Shown: piece after piece, positions 8,078-17,067 of the stretch | Numbering within the stretch: position 1 is the stretch's first letter | Layout of the letters: every line of letters begins with the position of its first letter | Source of the DNA: a virus | IMG/VR virus record: IMGVR_UViG_3300033821_000019 | Coordinates: 1-64,000 of that record | Reading direction: 5' to 3' (one strand) | Length of the DNA: 64,000 bases | Translations under genes and position numbers: made by a program | The notes under the pieces: model-generated | The model's database searches: none | Told to the model about the DNA's origin: nothing | What the model saw: the letters and a program-made list of their open reading frames with translations, nothing else

Positions 8078-8938
8078 TTATACTCTCGTGATGGTCAAAA
8101 CTTGGAGCGCATATGGATTGTAGGCTCCGATTCCGATATTCTCGAAGATTGAGAAACCAATCAAGCGATTCTTCGGGTCGTCAGCGGACAATACTGTCAA
8201 TTCTGTGCGGACAGGAATACGTCCGAAGAATTCTGGTTCACCGCAAACATAGACTGTACCTTCTGGAACGATGCGGGAAACAATCAACTTCGCGCCCCAC
8301 AGCGTTGCCATCAAACCAGTCTTCAACAACACTGCTTGTGTTTCGATGTCCAGTGTGTCGCGGTCCCATTTGCGGAGGTCAGCGTAGTCCTTAGCGTTCA
8401 GGAATACGTTGGCAACGCGAATGTCGGTTCTTTCAACGTTGGCGAAAGCATCGGCCAGAGCGTTGGCTGTCAAGTTACCAGTTACAGGAATCGCTGGATT
8501 CGGGTTGGTCGGGTTAGCCGAAAGAGCATCCATTACCGCGAAAACCTTGCGGTCTTCTTCGGCCTGGATTTCAGCCTTCGCCAAATCTACTGAACGTTCA
8601 ATCAGGTCGAAGCGGCGATTCTTGATTTCCGTCAACTGGATTTCTGGATTGCTTGCGATTTCGAAGAGCGGGAACAGAACGCGCTTCGGCTTTGCAACTG
8701 CTACGATATTCAAGCCTTCTTCGCCAACCACATACGCGGTTACGTTCGGGTCTTTATCGTAGATGGGGAGAGCGCCGTCTGGAAGGCGTTCAACGTAGAA
8801 AGCTCTGCGGCCAACGCTGGAATAATCGCGGCGTCTGCGTAGAGGCTGAATCATACTTGCGGCCAAACGTTGACGACCAGCAGCAGTCTTAATATACTGA
8901 CTGATAATCTCCTGTTTGGTATTGTTGTCAATAGCCAT
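8078..8938 (-). CDS. Major capsid protein (HK97 fold, compact 286 aa)
   Basis: Position after protease/scaffold/decoration genes; strong terminator; HK97-like segments (FEIASNPEI..., IQAEEDRKVF, LWGAKLIVSRIVPEGTVY, ENIGIGAYNP). Confidence 0.85.
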   Translation of the reverse strand: MAIDNNTKQEIISQYIKTAAGRQRLAASMIQPLRRRRDYSSVGRRAFYVERLPDGALPIYDKDPNVTAYVVGEEGLNIVAVAKPKRVLFPLFEIASNPEIQLTEIKNRRFDLIERSVDLAKAEIQAEEDRKVFAVMDALSANPTNPNPAIPVTGNLTANALADAFANVERTDIRVANVFLNAKDYADLRKWDRDTLDIETQAVLLKTGLMATLWGAKLIVSRIVPEGTVYVCGEPEFFGRIPVRTELTVLSADDPKNRLIGFSIFENIGIGAYNPYALQVLTITRV

Positions 8939-9110
8939 TGCCTTTTCTCCTTTACCTATATCTGGAAGTGCCGCTGCGCGACATACTCTTCCTGTTGCCT
9001 GTGCTATAATTTAATCTTTGCCTATATTTCGAGAACTACCTTGAAAGGCACGATTCTCGGCAAAAACTAAATTGTAAATTTCATAATGTCCAAAAAGGCA
9101 ATTGTATTGC

Positions 9111-9620
9111 TTAGATTCTCATATCAAGGCCAAGTGTTGGTGATGCTGTTGTCGGAATCTTTGTTACGACGCCTACTACAGCCGCGCCCTGTGCAATTGT
9201 CAACAGACCCTGTGCTGACGAATAGAGATAACGACCAACTGCGTAAGCAATCGGATTGCCAGGAGCGCCGTCATTGGTTTCGTATACGTCTACTTCTACT
9301 GACGCCATTCCTTTGATAACTGCTACTTTGCCAGATGCTACGGCTGGTGCGTTTTCAAAAGCTGCACCGGCTGCATCATTGACGAACAGACCGATTGGCA
9401 TAAGAGCATCAGTGCACGGAACTGCTACGTAATCGCCGCCTTCTGGAGCACTGGCTGCAACATCCATGCCTGCTACTGAACCACCCAATACGCCACGGGG
9501 GGTATTAACACTGAGAGTTGAATTGGTTACAGCACTAGGGAAGTTCTGCTTCGTATAGCAAGCTGGACTTAGCACTGGTATTGAATTCAACTGAGTTCTG
9601 ATTAAAATTGTAAGAGCCAT
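9111..9620 (-). CDS. Head decoration/cement protein (paralog A)
   Basis: Gly/Ala/Val/Pro-rich ~170 aa just upstream of MCP; near-identical to 9662..10174. Confidence 0.7.
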   Translation of the reverse strand: MALTILIRTQLNSIPVLSPACYTKQNFPSAVTNSTLSVNTPRGVLGGSVAGMDVAASAPEGGDYVAVPCTDALMPIGLFVNDAAGAAFENAPAVASGKVAVIKGMASVEVDVYETNDGAPGNPIAYAVGRYLYSSAQGLLTIAQGAAVVGVVTKIPTTASPTLGLDMRI

Positions 9621-9661
9621 TCTTCTTTCCTCCTATAAGAGATTGTCCATTTTTACTTAAC

Positions 9662-10174
9662 TTAGATTCTCATATCCAAACCAAGGGTTGGTGATGCAGT
9701 TGTTGGAACCTTGGTCACAACGCCAACCGGAATAAGAGCAACGCTATGTTCAGGTGTCAACAGACCATTTACTGAACTATAGAGATACTGGCCAACGTTG
9801 TAAACAATTAGAGCACCGGGAGCCAGTTTCTGATTCGTTTCGTATACATCTACTTCTACTGAACCCATGCCCTTCATAACTGCTACTTTACCAGATGCTA
9901 CGGCTGGTGCATTTTCAAAAGCCGCGCCAGCAGCATCATTGACGAACAGACCAATTGGTGTTGTAGCTTCGGTACATGGAATTGCTACGTAATCGCCGCC
10001 TTCTGGACCTGCGGCGTCCATGCCTGCTACCGAACCACCTAATACGCCGCGTGGGGTATTGACACTGAGAGTTGCATTCGCTAAAGAACTAGGAAAGTTC
10101 TGCTTCGTATAGCAAGCTGGACTTAACACCGGTATTGAATTCAACTGAGTTCTAATCAAAATTGTAAGAGCCAT
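9662..10174 (-). CDS. Head decoration/cement protein (paralog B)
   Basis: First 29 aa and C-terminal PTTASPTLGLDMRI identical to paralog A. Confidence 0.7.
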   Translation of the reverse strand: MALTILIRTQLNSIPVLSPACYTKQNFPSSLANATLSVNTPRGVLGGSVAGMDAAGPEGGDYVAIPCTEATTPIGLFVNDAAGAAFENAPAVASGKVAVMKGMGSVEVDVYETNQKLAPGALIVYNVGQYLYSSVNGLLTPEHSVALIPVGVVTKVPTTASPTLGLDMRI

Positions 10175-10225
10175 TCTTCTTTCCTCCTAAATATTTTTTC
10201 CACTCTTCCGTAAAAAACTAAACAC

Positions 10226-11239
10226 TTATTCAAACAGCTTGCTTACATCCGGTGCACTTTCCCAAAGATTGCTCAAGTCAATTTCCTTGCCTTCGGAAGC
10301 TACCTTTGGCTGTCCACCTAGCTTTGACACACCCTTCTTTTCAGAAGCCTTCTTAGCTTCTACTTTTTCTTCTTCGTCTTCGGCTTTCTTCTCTTCCATG
10401 TCTTCTGCTTCGAAGATTGATGCCAAGAGCTTTTCTTCGGCAGCGTTTACTTCGCCTTCTTCTTCATCTTCCGCAGCCGTTAGCTGAATATCCAATTCTG
10501 CGGCCTTCTTGGCTTCTACCTTCTCTTCTTCTTTATCTTCGCTCTTCTTGGCCTTTACTTCTTCTTTATCTTCGGCCTTCTTAGCTTCTACCTTCTCTTC
10601 TTCCTTGTCTTCGGCTTTCTTGGCTTCTAATTTTTCTTCTTCCTTGTCTTCGGCCTTCTTAGCTTCTACCTTTTCCTCTTCTTTATCTTCGCTCTTCTTG
10701 GCCTTTACTTCTTCTTTATCTTCGGCCTTTTTGGCGTCTTCTTTGGTGAAAGGTGGAGCCTTCTTATCGCCAAGGTTTTCAATCGGGTTCGCAGCTTTCT
10801 TGGCTTCTACCTTCTCTTCTTCCTTCTCTTCGGCTTTCTTGTAAAGGTTTTCTGAGTCAGCAAATCTCTTGAGTGATTCGTTCAAAGATTCAGAACCCAT
10901 CTTCATGAAATCGCGGGCTTGTGCTTCGATGGTGTTTTCTTCAACCTTATCACCAAGAAGAAGAACGGCCAACTTTACAGCCTTGGATGCAGCGGCACGA
11001 ATACTGGCAACGGTTGGAATCGGGAAACCGATTTCATCACGCTGGTCGTTCTGCCAATCGTGTCTCATATCCGGTAATTCATGATTTACTGTGTGTTCAA
11101 ACGTGTGATAATGGTCACGTTCTACAAATTTGCGGTCTGGCTGATTGACTGTACCTGGAAATGGTTTCTCAGGGTCACCACCGTTGCCTTCAGCACCTTC
11201 AGCGGCAGCAAGACGCTTAGTAAGACGTTCTCTTGCCAT
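10226..11239 (-). CDS. Capsid scaffolding/core-like protein with KKAEDKEE repeats
   Basis: Highly charged, repetitive, located between protease and MCP. Confidence 0.65.
   Translation of the reverse strand: MARERLTKRLAAAEGAEGNGGDPEKPFPGTVNQPDRKFVERDHYHTFEHTVNHELPDMRHDWQNDQRDEIGFPIPTVASIRAAASKAVKLAVLLLGDKVEENTIEAQARDFMKMGSESLNESLKRFADSENLYKKAEEKEEEKVEAKKAANPIENLGDKKAPPFTKEDAKKAEDKEEVKAKKSEDKEEEKVEAKKAEDKEEEKLEAKKAEDKEEEKVEAKKAEDKEEVKAKKSEDKEEEKVEAKKAAELDIQLTAAEDEEEGEVNAAEEKLLASIFEAEDMEEKKAEDEEEKVEAKKASEKKGVSKLGGQPKVASEGKEIDLSNLWESAPDVSKLFE
10500..10840 (-). repeat. Coding tandem repeats encoding (E)EEKVEAKK(A/S)EDK units
   Basis: About 8 imperfect 33-39-bp units within ORF 10226..11239. Confidence 0.85.
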
Positions 11240-11286
11240 TTGTAATTCTCCTTTCGATTCAGTTCATTTTGTCCAATAACACATAT

Positions 11287-12054
11287 TTACTTAGAAATCT
11301 GTGCACGATGAGCGTCAATAGCATCCGCCAACGTATCAATACGGAGTGCCAATTTCTTGTAACCTTGTTTTTCGAGATAAGAAGCAACGTTGTCCAGACG
11401 CTCAGATGCTTCCTTCAAGCGTGATGTGCGCTGTTGCTTAATGGCTTCACCACCCGTTTCGCCTTTGACCGGGCTGTTAAAGGCTTCTTCCATCTTGTCA
11501 AATTTTTGGGTGATTTCGTCTTCGATTCCAGGCTCTGTTTCAGAGGATTTCTTTGCTTCCTCTTCTTTTTCTTCTTCTACTGTTTCATTTTCTTCGTGTT
11601 CATCTGCTTTTTTCTCTTCTACCTTCTCTTCTACTTTTTCTTCGGCTTTCTTGGCTTCTACTTTCTCTTCTACTTCGTCTTCGGCCAAAATTGTTTGAGC
11701 AAGCTTCACCAACATGCCTGCTACTTTGTCAGAAGCTTCCATTGTTTCCTCCTCATCCTCAGAACGCTTGTCACAACCTTCGCATTCTTCGTCGTCAGCT
11801 TTCTTCGCTTCAACCTCAAATGCTTCTTCTTCTTCGTCTTCACCAGCAGCGTTGCAACCTTCACATTCGTCGTCTTCCAACTCTGCCTCAAGAGCACGAA
11901 TTTCAGTGAGGATATCGCCATCAGAAGCTTCAACGATTTCCTTTTCTTCCTTCTTGAGTTCTTCTGTTTCTTGCTTTAATTCGTCGTCTTGGTCGGCAAG
12001 ACGTTTTTCGAGAGCTTCGATTTCTTTACCGAGAGAGCCTGTTTCACGTCCCAT
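11287..12054 (-). CDS. Acidic scaffold-like protein with internal tag-like helix
   Basis: E/K/A-rich; internal SDKVAGMLVKLAQTILA resembles the N-terminal tag; two DECEGC motifs. Confidence 0.6.
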   Translation of the reverse strand: MGRETGSLGKEIEALEKRLADQDDELKQETEELKKEEKEIVEASDGDILTEIRALEAELEDDECEGCNAAGEDEEEEAFEVEAKKADDEECEGCDKRSEDEEETMEASDKVAGMLVKLAQTILAEDEVEEKVEAKKAEEKVEEKVEEKKADEHEENETVEEEKEEEAKKSSETEPGIEDEITQKFDKMEEAFNSPVKGETGGEAIKQQRTSRLKEASERLDNVASYLEKQGYKKLALRIDTLADAIDAHRAQISK

Positions 12055-12159
12055 TTGTTTCCTCCTTTTTCTTGCTAACTCACGGCTTTTTGGTCAGTAA
12101 TAGGTGCTATAATTTTTTCCTACTTTTATTAACTTTTACGCTCCCATAGCTTATAAAAA

Positions 12160-12173
12160 TATAAAAAAATTAT
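12160..12173 (-). promoter_or_regulatory. Putative late promoter motif (ATAATTTTTTTATA) for the scaffold-capsid operon
   Basis: Best consensus copy, upstream of the 12054-8078 operon. Confidence 0.6.
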
Positions 12174-12272
12174 GAAACCCCTATTTCCAATGTGCAATTT
12201 CACATAACTATTGCACGCCTTTGGAGATAAATTTCTAGCCTAGTTTGCCACGTAAAATAAGGTATTATTGGC

Positions 12273-14537
12273 CTAGTGTTTTGCCGCCCAAATAGTAACT
12301 CTGTTTATAAGTTGTTCCTCCTTACGTCTCCGCAATTCGGCACAAGCCACGTGCAACGCCAGCATTCCATTTTTATCTGCTACGCGCAATCTACTTATGT
12401 CATCAAACAAACCTTCAAGGCTTGTAGTTGACATACTTAAGATATTCGCGTATTTCTTTGTATCCACTTCACTAATATAATGATTGAGTACCGCGCCTTG
12501 GAATGCTGGACGTTCTACCCAACTTGCTTCAATATAGATACAAGATTTCGGGTCACCTTTCCTCTTTCCATCTGAACCAATAATTGTTCTACCACACAAT
12601 TCAGCTACGATACGATTGATGCCATTTTCATCTACGAAATATGTCATCAATTCATTATCTAAGTGATGGCAATTGGTACTAGCATCAGTGAATTCTTTAC
12701 CACATTTACTACATTGTGTGAAGTTTGCCTGACATCCCATTGACATAGTTGTTAATGCGCCTGATTCTATCTTTCGAATAAGGTCACTATGTTTTCTGTC
12801 CGTTGCAACTAAAATGTCCGTGTAGTAGACATTGGCCTTTTTACCAGTTTTGCTAGTATAAGCTACAGGACGCAGCACAGCATCAAGAATTTTCCCCTTG
12901 GATAATTCTGGAATCTGACAGTTATGAACTATAACACCTTCTGCTATATAAGAATTATCATTTTCTACTTCAAGATTAAATACATCACACTCCAAATCAA
13001 TTGTAGATACTTCTGTAATCTTTGAGGTTATGTATTTTTGATTTTCATGTTCAAATACATAAGTAAACTTTTGTTCTTGCCTTGCTTGGATGAGTACATT
13101 GTTGTAATTCAAAATTTCATCTAGCGATTTTGAATCTTGTACTGTAAATCTTAATAAATATCCGGGTCTTGATTTCTTTCCGGTATTGGGGTCAACGAAT
13201 ACTTGATATCCGTCTACTATTGTTTCTTCTGAATATCTCGGCAATACACCTGTTTCTTTGTATACGGGGTTCATTCCCAAACGCCAAGATATAAACATTA
13301 GTTGTTGAATCAGCGCCTTCGTCTTTAATTCAATACTATAACCACGTGACTCGCCTTTGTCTGTGCCGTCGCCATTGATTAAATGCTTCATAATTAATGC
13401 TTGTAGTTCCAAGGGCAACCATAACGCCGCATCATTAAGTTGTTTTGCCCAAGCATACTTACCACACCATTTTTTGAAGAATTCTGCAACTTTGATATTA
13501 CAAAGAGATACACACCAAGAACCACTTTCAGATTCATATACTCTAGGCTCGCAATCGCTTCTAAACAACTCTACAAATTCTGTAATTAAAAGTGATTTTA
13601 TTCTTTCTGCAACATCGCATTCGTCATTTCCAAGAGCAAATTGAACTCCCGACTCTCCATCATTAAATATATTTTGACTAGTAAAAGAACCTTCTGCCAA
13701 GAACCATCCTATTAACTCTGCACGATTCTTGTTTACTTCATTATTTTCTATTATAGTAGAAGAAACCGGATGAGTTAAGAAATCACGGTCTTTATTTATC
13801 TTCCCGGCATCTACCCATTGAGGTGTAAGTCCACAAGGATAATCTTCACCTTTTCTCTTATGAACACCTACAGTAAATCCGGTCCACTTATTCAGCGTCA
13901 AACCACTAAAATCAGGTGGATTGTTTGGTCGTCCTGTTTTTGGGCAAGTCTCTCTGGCGTGGTATACCCAAAATGGATGATTTGCGGTGACATACATATC
14001 CCTTGACAAAATTCCATTGCTTGTTATTTTTGTCAAAGAAGTAGATTTTCTAATTTGAACATTCTTTACAACATCTATATTTCCAAGCCTGTTGATAATT
14101 TTATCACCGGGTTTTATAGTCTCAATAGCTTGATAAGTTCCATTAGCCATTAAAACTCTAGTACCAGCCACAAAACAATGTTCAAGGTAATTTTCAGCAC
14201 CCACAAATGAACGGAAACAAGCCAGTAGAACTTCATCTGACCAGCCATTACCATTATTATTGACTAGTTCATCGGTAGGAGCTTTAACGTAGTAGCCATT
14301 TTCTTCCACATTGCAGCTTGATACAATACTACAATGACTGAATAAATATTTGTCTGCGCTGAACTTATTCCAATCTATATTTATATCTCTGGCGATTCTA
14401 ACATTGCCATTACCAGCATAGCTCCATTCCTTCTTTGGATTGTAAAGGATAGAGGCTATGGGCAAGTCAATTTCGAATGTTCTTGCTTTGTTAGAAGCTT
14501 CCAAAAGGCATTTATCGTTATCGCAGCGTCTATTCAT
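12273..14537 (-). CDS. Prohead maturation protease with intein
   Basis: Exteins NNNGNGW..., FVGAENYLEH|CQIPELSKGKILDA, TTMSMGC...CSKCG, EASWVERPAF, typical of HK97-type head proteases. Confidence 0.8.
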   Translation of the reverse strand: MNRRCDNDKCLLEASNKARTFEIDLPIASILYNPKKEWSYAGNGNVRIARDINIDWNKFSADKYLFSHCSIVSSCNVEENGYYVKAPTDELVNNNGNGWSDEVLLACFRSFVGAENYLEHCFVAGTRVLMANGTYQAIETIKPGDKIINRLGNIDVVKNVQIRKSTSLTKITSNGILSRDMYVTANHPFWVYHARETCPKTGRPNNPPDFSGLTLNKWTGFTVGVHKRKGEDYPCGLTPQWVDAGKINKDRDFLTHPVSSTIIENNEVNKNRAELIGWFLAEGSFTSQNIFNDGESGVQFALGNDECDVAERIKSLLITEFVELFRSDCEPRVYESESGSWCVSLCNIKVAEFFKKWCGKYAWAKQLNDAALWLPLELQALIMKHLINGDGTDKGESRGYSIELKTKALIQQLMFISWRLGMNPVYKETGVLPRYSEETIVDGYQVFVDPNTGKKSRPGYLLRFTVQDSKSLDEILNYNNVLIQARQEQKFTYVFEHENQKYITSKITEVSTIDLECDVFNLEVENDNSYIAEGVIVHNCQIPELSKGKILDAVLRPVAYTSKTGKKANVYYTDILVATDRKHSDLIRKIESGALTTMSMGCQANFTQCSKCGKEFTDASTNCHHLDNELMTYFVDENGINRIVAELCGRTIIGSDGKRKGDPKSCIYIEASWVERPAFQGAVLNHYISEVDTKKYANILSMSTTSLEGLFDDISRLRVADKNGMLALHVACAELRRRKEEQLINRVTIWAAKH
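12921..14177 (-). mobile_element. Intein (419 aa) with LAGLIDADG endonuclease in the prohead protease
   Basis: Starts CFVAGTRVLMANG; block B VTANHPF; LIGWFLAEGS and HLINGDG motifs; ends VFNLEVENDNSYIAEGVIVHN|C. Confidence 0.92.
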
Positions 14538-14541
14538 TGTT

Positions 14542-15255
14542 TTAACTCTTGATTTTGTCTTTTTTGGTGAGGTTATCTTTAGCCCACAAAGGTTGCAAAT
14601 TCATATAATTGAAACACTTTTTCTGTTCGTTCTCTTTTGTCAAATCAAACGCAGAACACGGAATAATGTGGTCAACGTGCCAGCCACGCAGTCCATGATT
14701 TTCCCAAGTCATTCCTTTTGTAAATTGTTTTTCAAGATGCTTTTTTAAATCTTCAATCGAACAACCCAACAATTTCGCAGTGTTATTCGATTTGGGTGTT
14801 TTTCGTAATGCAACAAGTATTCTGATTCTAAGACTGTTTTTTAGTCTGAATTCCGGGTCTGTTTTCATTTTCTCTTTGTAACGCAACCTAGCCATAAGTT
14901 TCCAATGTTCTGTGTTTTTTTCTCGCCATTCTTTATGTTGTTCATAAACTTTTTCTTTGTTTTTCTTGCTATAATCTTTTGCTTTTTCTATTCTTAGTTC
15001 TCTGTTCTTGCCATACCATATTTTATATTTTTCACTAATTTCTTTCTTTTTTGTTTGATACCTGTTTTTTGCATATTCTCTCATTCTTCCACCGTTCTCT
15101 CTCCATCTTTTTCTTGACATTTCTTTTTCATAGTTTTTAGCACAAGGAAGACAAGTGCCCTTGTTTTTCCTAAATTCTTCTATAGGCTTCATAAGATTGC
15201 AAATAGTACATTTTTTAAAAACGACTTTGCCTTCTGAGATGCTTCCAGAAGGCAT
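14542..15255 (-). CDS. Free-standing HNH homing endonuclease
   Basis: N-terminal CxxC...CxxC; C-terminal MTWENHG..WHVDHIIPC...CFNYMNLQPLWAKDN. Confidence 0.85.
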   Translation of the reverse strand: MPSGSISEGKVVFKKCTICNLMKPIEEFRKNKGTCLPCAKNYEKEMSRKRWRENGGRMREYAKNRYQTKKKEISEKYKIWYGKNRELRIEKAKDYSKKNKEKVYEQHKEWREKNTEHWKLMARLRYKEKMKTDPEFRLKNSLRIRILVALRKTPKSNNTAKLLGCSIEDLKKHLEKQFTKGMTWENHGLRGWHVDHIIPCSAFDLTKENEQKKCFNYMNLQPLWAKDNLTKKDKIKS

Positions 15256-15287
15256 TTATCACTATTGCAACGACGCAATTCAGTCAC
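15189..15287 (-). pseudogene. Orphaned duplicate of the protease 5' end (32-aa mini-ORF)
   Basis: GAGGT RBS + GTG; encodes MTELRRCNSDKCLLEASQKAKSF..., versus protease MNRRCDNDKCLLEASNKARTF. Confidence 0.7.
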
Positions 15288-15353
15288 GATATTATACCTC
15301 TTACAAGCAATGTTGGGAGAGGGTCTAATATAATGACCCTCCCCCATAGTGAC

Positions 15354-15656
15354 TTATACGTTTGAAGCGTTGTTGCTATTGACGTTGTAAGCCGATTTCA
15401 CAGGCTTACGAACAAGGTCCACGCCATTCTTAAGGACACCGGCTGGTTTCTTGCCCATGCCTTCGTCATTCATGGTTTCCGTATCAATGGTAGGCTGTTT
15501 CTTTCCACCTAGAGCATTGACTTGGAAATAACCGGCTGGCGTTGCAACTTTTGCAGCCTTCTCGTAATCCTGTTCCACTTCATTAGCTAACGCACGTGCT
15601 TTACCAGCGCACGGTGCCTGATAGCTCTTTCTATTGAATGATGCTGGTGCTGGCAT
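15354..15656 (-). CDS. Hypothetical (probably virion) protein
   Basis: 100-aa ORF with AAGGAG RBS in the head module. Confidence 0.65.
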   Translation of the reverse strand: MPAPASFNRKSYQAPCAGKARALANEVEQDYEKAAKVATPAGYFQVNALGGKKQPTIDTETMNDEGMGKKPAGVLKNGVDLVRKPVKSAYNVNSNNASNV

Positions 15657-15734
15657 TTTCTTTCTCCTTTTTCTATGGTTTCCTTTATCTACACAATTCT
15701 AACGGTTCAATAATGTCCACGTTTTGAACGTAGT

Positions 15735-16217
15735 TTAATCGTCGTAATTTATTGCCTGTTTTAGCATTGAGAAAAATTCACCGACTTGGCTCGACTGATT
15801 CTTTGGTCCATGTTTTCTCGCAAATTCGCCGCTAAATTTTCCTTCCACAATAGCCTTAGCATGTTGAAGAACTTTGTTTTTCCATGGTGCCTTTGACTTG
15901 CCCAAAGCTTTAACTACATTGATGAAATTTTCTTTTGAAGGAGCTTTGGTTATCAATTTATTTACTTCTGTAATCCCTTCATCGTCTTTATGCGGAGTTT
16001 TAACAACATCATCAAACCAAGCATCTGTATGCGAGTCAAAAGTTCCAGACTTAGATTTATTCTCTTCTGGCTTCGTCTTTACTACTTTGTGATTTCTCTT
16101 ATCAGCATCAGGATGTTCCTTGAGATAGACTTGCATAGCTCTATCCGTTGGGAAATCAATGGCCAATAAACTCTGAGCTACTTTAATTAATTCTGAGGCT
16201 ACTAGTCTCTTATCCAT
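15735..16217 (-). CDS. Tagged hypothetical protein
   Basis: MDKRLVASELIKVAQSLLA. Confidence 0.75.
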   Translation of the reverse strand: MDKRLVASELIKVAQSLLAIDFPTDRAMQVYLKEHPDADKRNHKVVKTKPEENKSKSGTFDSHTDAWFDDVVKTPHKDDEGITEVNKLITKAPSKENFINVVKALGKSKAPWKNKVLQHAKAIVEGKFSGEFARKHGPKNQSSQVGEFFSMLKQAINYDD

Positions 16218-16228
16218 TTGTTTTTCCT

Positions 16229-16462
16229 TTATATGACTTTGTTAGACGGTATTTTCCAACCACAGCCAGGACAAATGTAAATTTTAACACCCCTCGAAAA
16301 TGGTTGGCGTTCCATAATATCTTTACATTTAGGACATATACAAGACTCTTTTTCTACTTCACCTTTTGAACGCTTGTAAACTCTTCCAACATCATGATGA
16401 TAAACAGCCAATAAACTTCTGGCTACTTTAATTAGTTCTGACGCTACTAATTTCTTGTCCAT
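16229..16462 (-). CDS. Tagged zinc-ribbon protein
   Basis: MDKKLVASELIKVARSLLA; CPKC...CPGC. Confidence 0.75.
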   Translation of the reverse strand: MDKKLVASELIKVARSLLAVYHHDVGRVYKRSKGEVEKESCICPKCKDIMERQPFSRGVKIYICPGCGWKIPSNKVI

Positions 16463-16473
16463 TTTGCTTCCTA

Positions 16474-16965
16474 TTAACTAACTCTGCGCGATTGCAAGGT
16501 GTTATATGGCTCAGCTATTTTATTGGCTATCTTATTAATCATGCTACTGACTTGAGTAACTGCTTTCGGCAAATGTTCTTCTCTATCTTTCTTAACCAAA
16601 TCTTGCATAATACTGAATCCACCGCCAACAGGCTTTTCAGCACCCCTATTTTCAGGCTTGCCGACTTCTGGACGATTGGGTGTTTCAGTCAAAGCGGCAA
16701 CACATACTTCAGGACGTAATCTCGCACGGTAACGCTCATAAATCTTCTCATCCATAAAATACGGATGCAGATGGATTTCAGTAGGGTCATGCTGCTTCAC
16801 CAAACCACCACTCCATTCCACGTAAACCTTGTATTCTTTGCGGCAAATGTCTACAATGATACCGTAGAATATATTGTCACTGCCGGGATAGAGTGGAGTG
16901 ACAAAATCCCCAATTCTGAAAATATCAATTGGGTCTACAAAGGTTGTACTGTAAGTGCTTGGCAT
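16474..16965 (-). CDS. Hypothetical protein with SH3/KOW-like N-terminus
   Basis: FRIGDFV...YGIIVDI...VYVEW beta-barrel pattern; C-terminal MINKIANKIAE. Confidence 0.6.
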   Translation of the reverse strand: MPSTYSTTFVDPIDIFRIGDFVTPLYPGSDNIFYGIIVDICRKEYKVYVEWSGGLVKQHDPTEIHLHPYFMDEKIYERYRARLRPEVCVAALTETPNRPEVGKPENRGAEKPVGGGFSIMQDLVKKDREEHLPKAVTQVSSMINKIANKIAEPYNTLQSRRVS

Positions 16966-17042
16966 AGCCTGCTCCCTCTTGAGCTACTACATAATTGAAG
17001 CCAATAGAATAGCCTATTTAGCTTCTTCTATGATTTAAGAAA

Positions 17043-17056
17043 TATAAAAAAAATAT
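17043..17056 (-). promoter_or_regulatory. Putative late promoter motif (ATATTTTTTTTATA)
   Basis: Intergenic copy upstream of 16965. Confidence 0.55.
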
Positions 17057-17067
17057 GAATGTTAGGA

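Noticed and set aside
10239-12100. Several long + strand ORFs rich in Ser/Phe/Leu opposite the scaffold genes (also 20781-21797 and 31819-32292)
   Set aside because: Antisense shadows of low-complexity E/K/P-rich minus-strand genes; no RBS or protein-like features.
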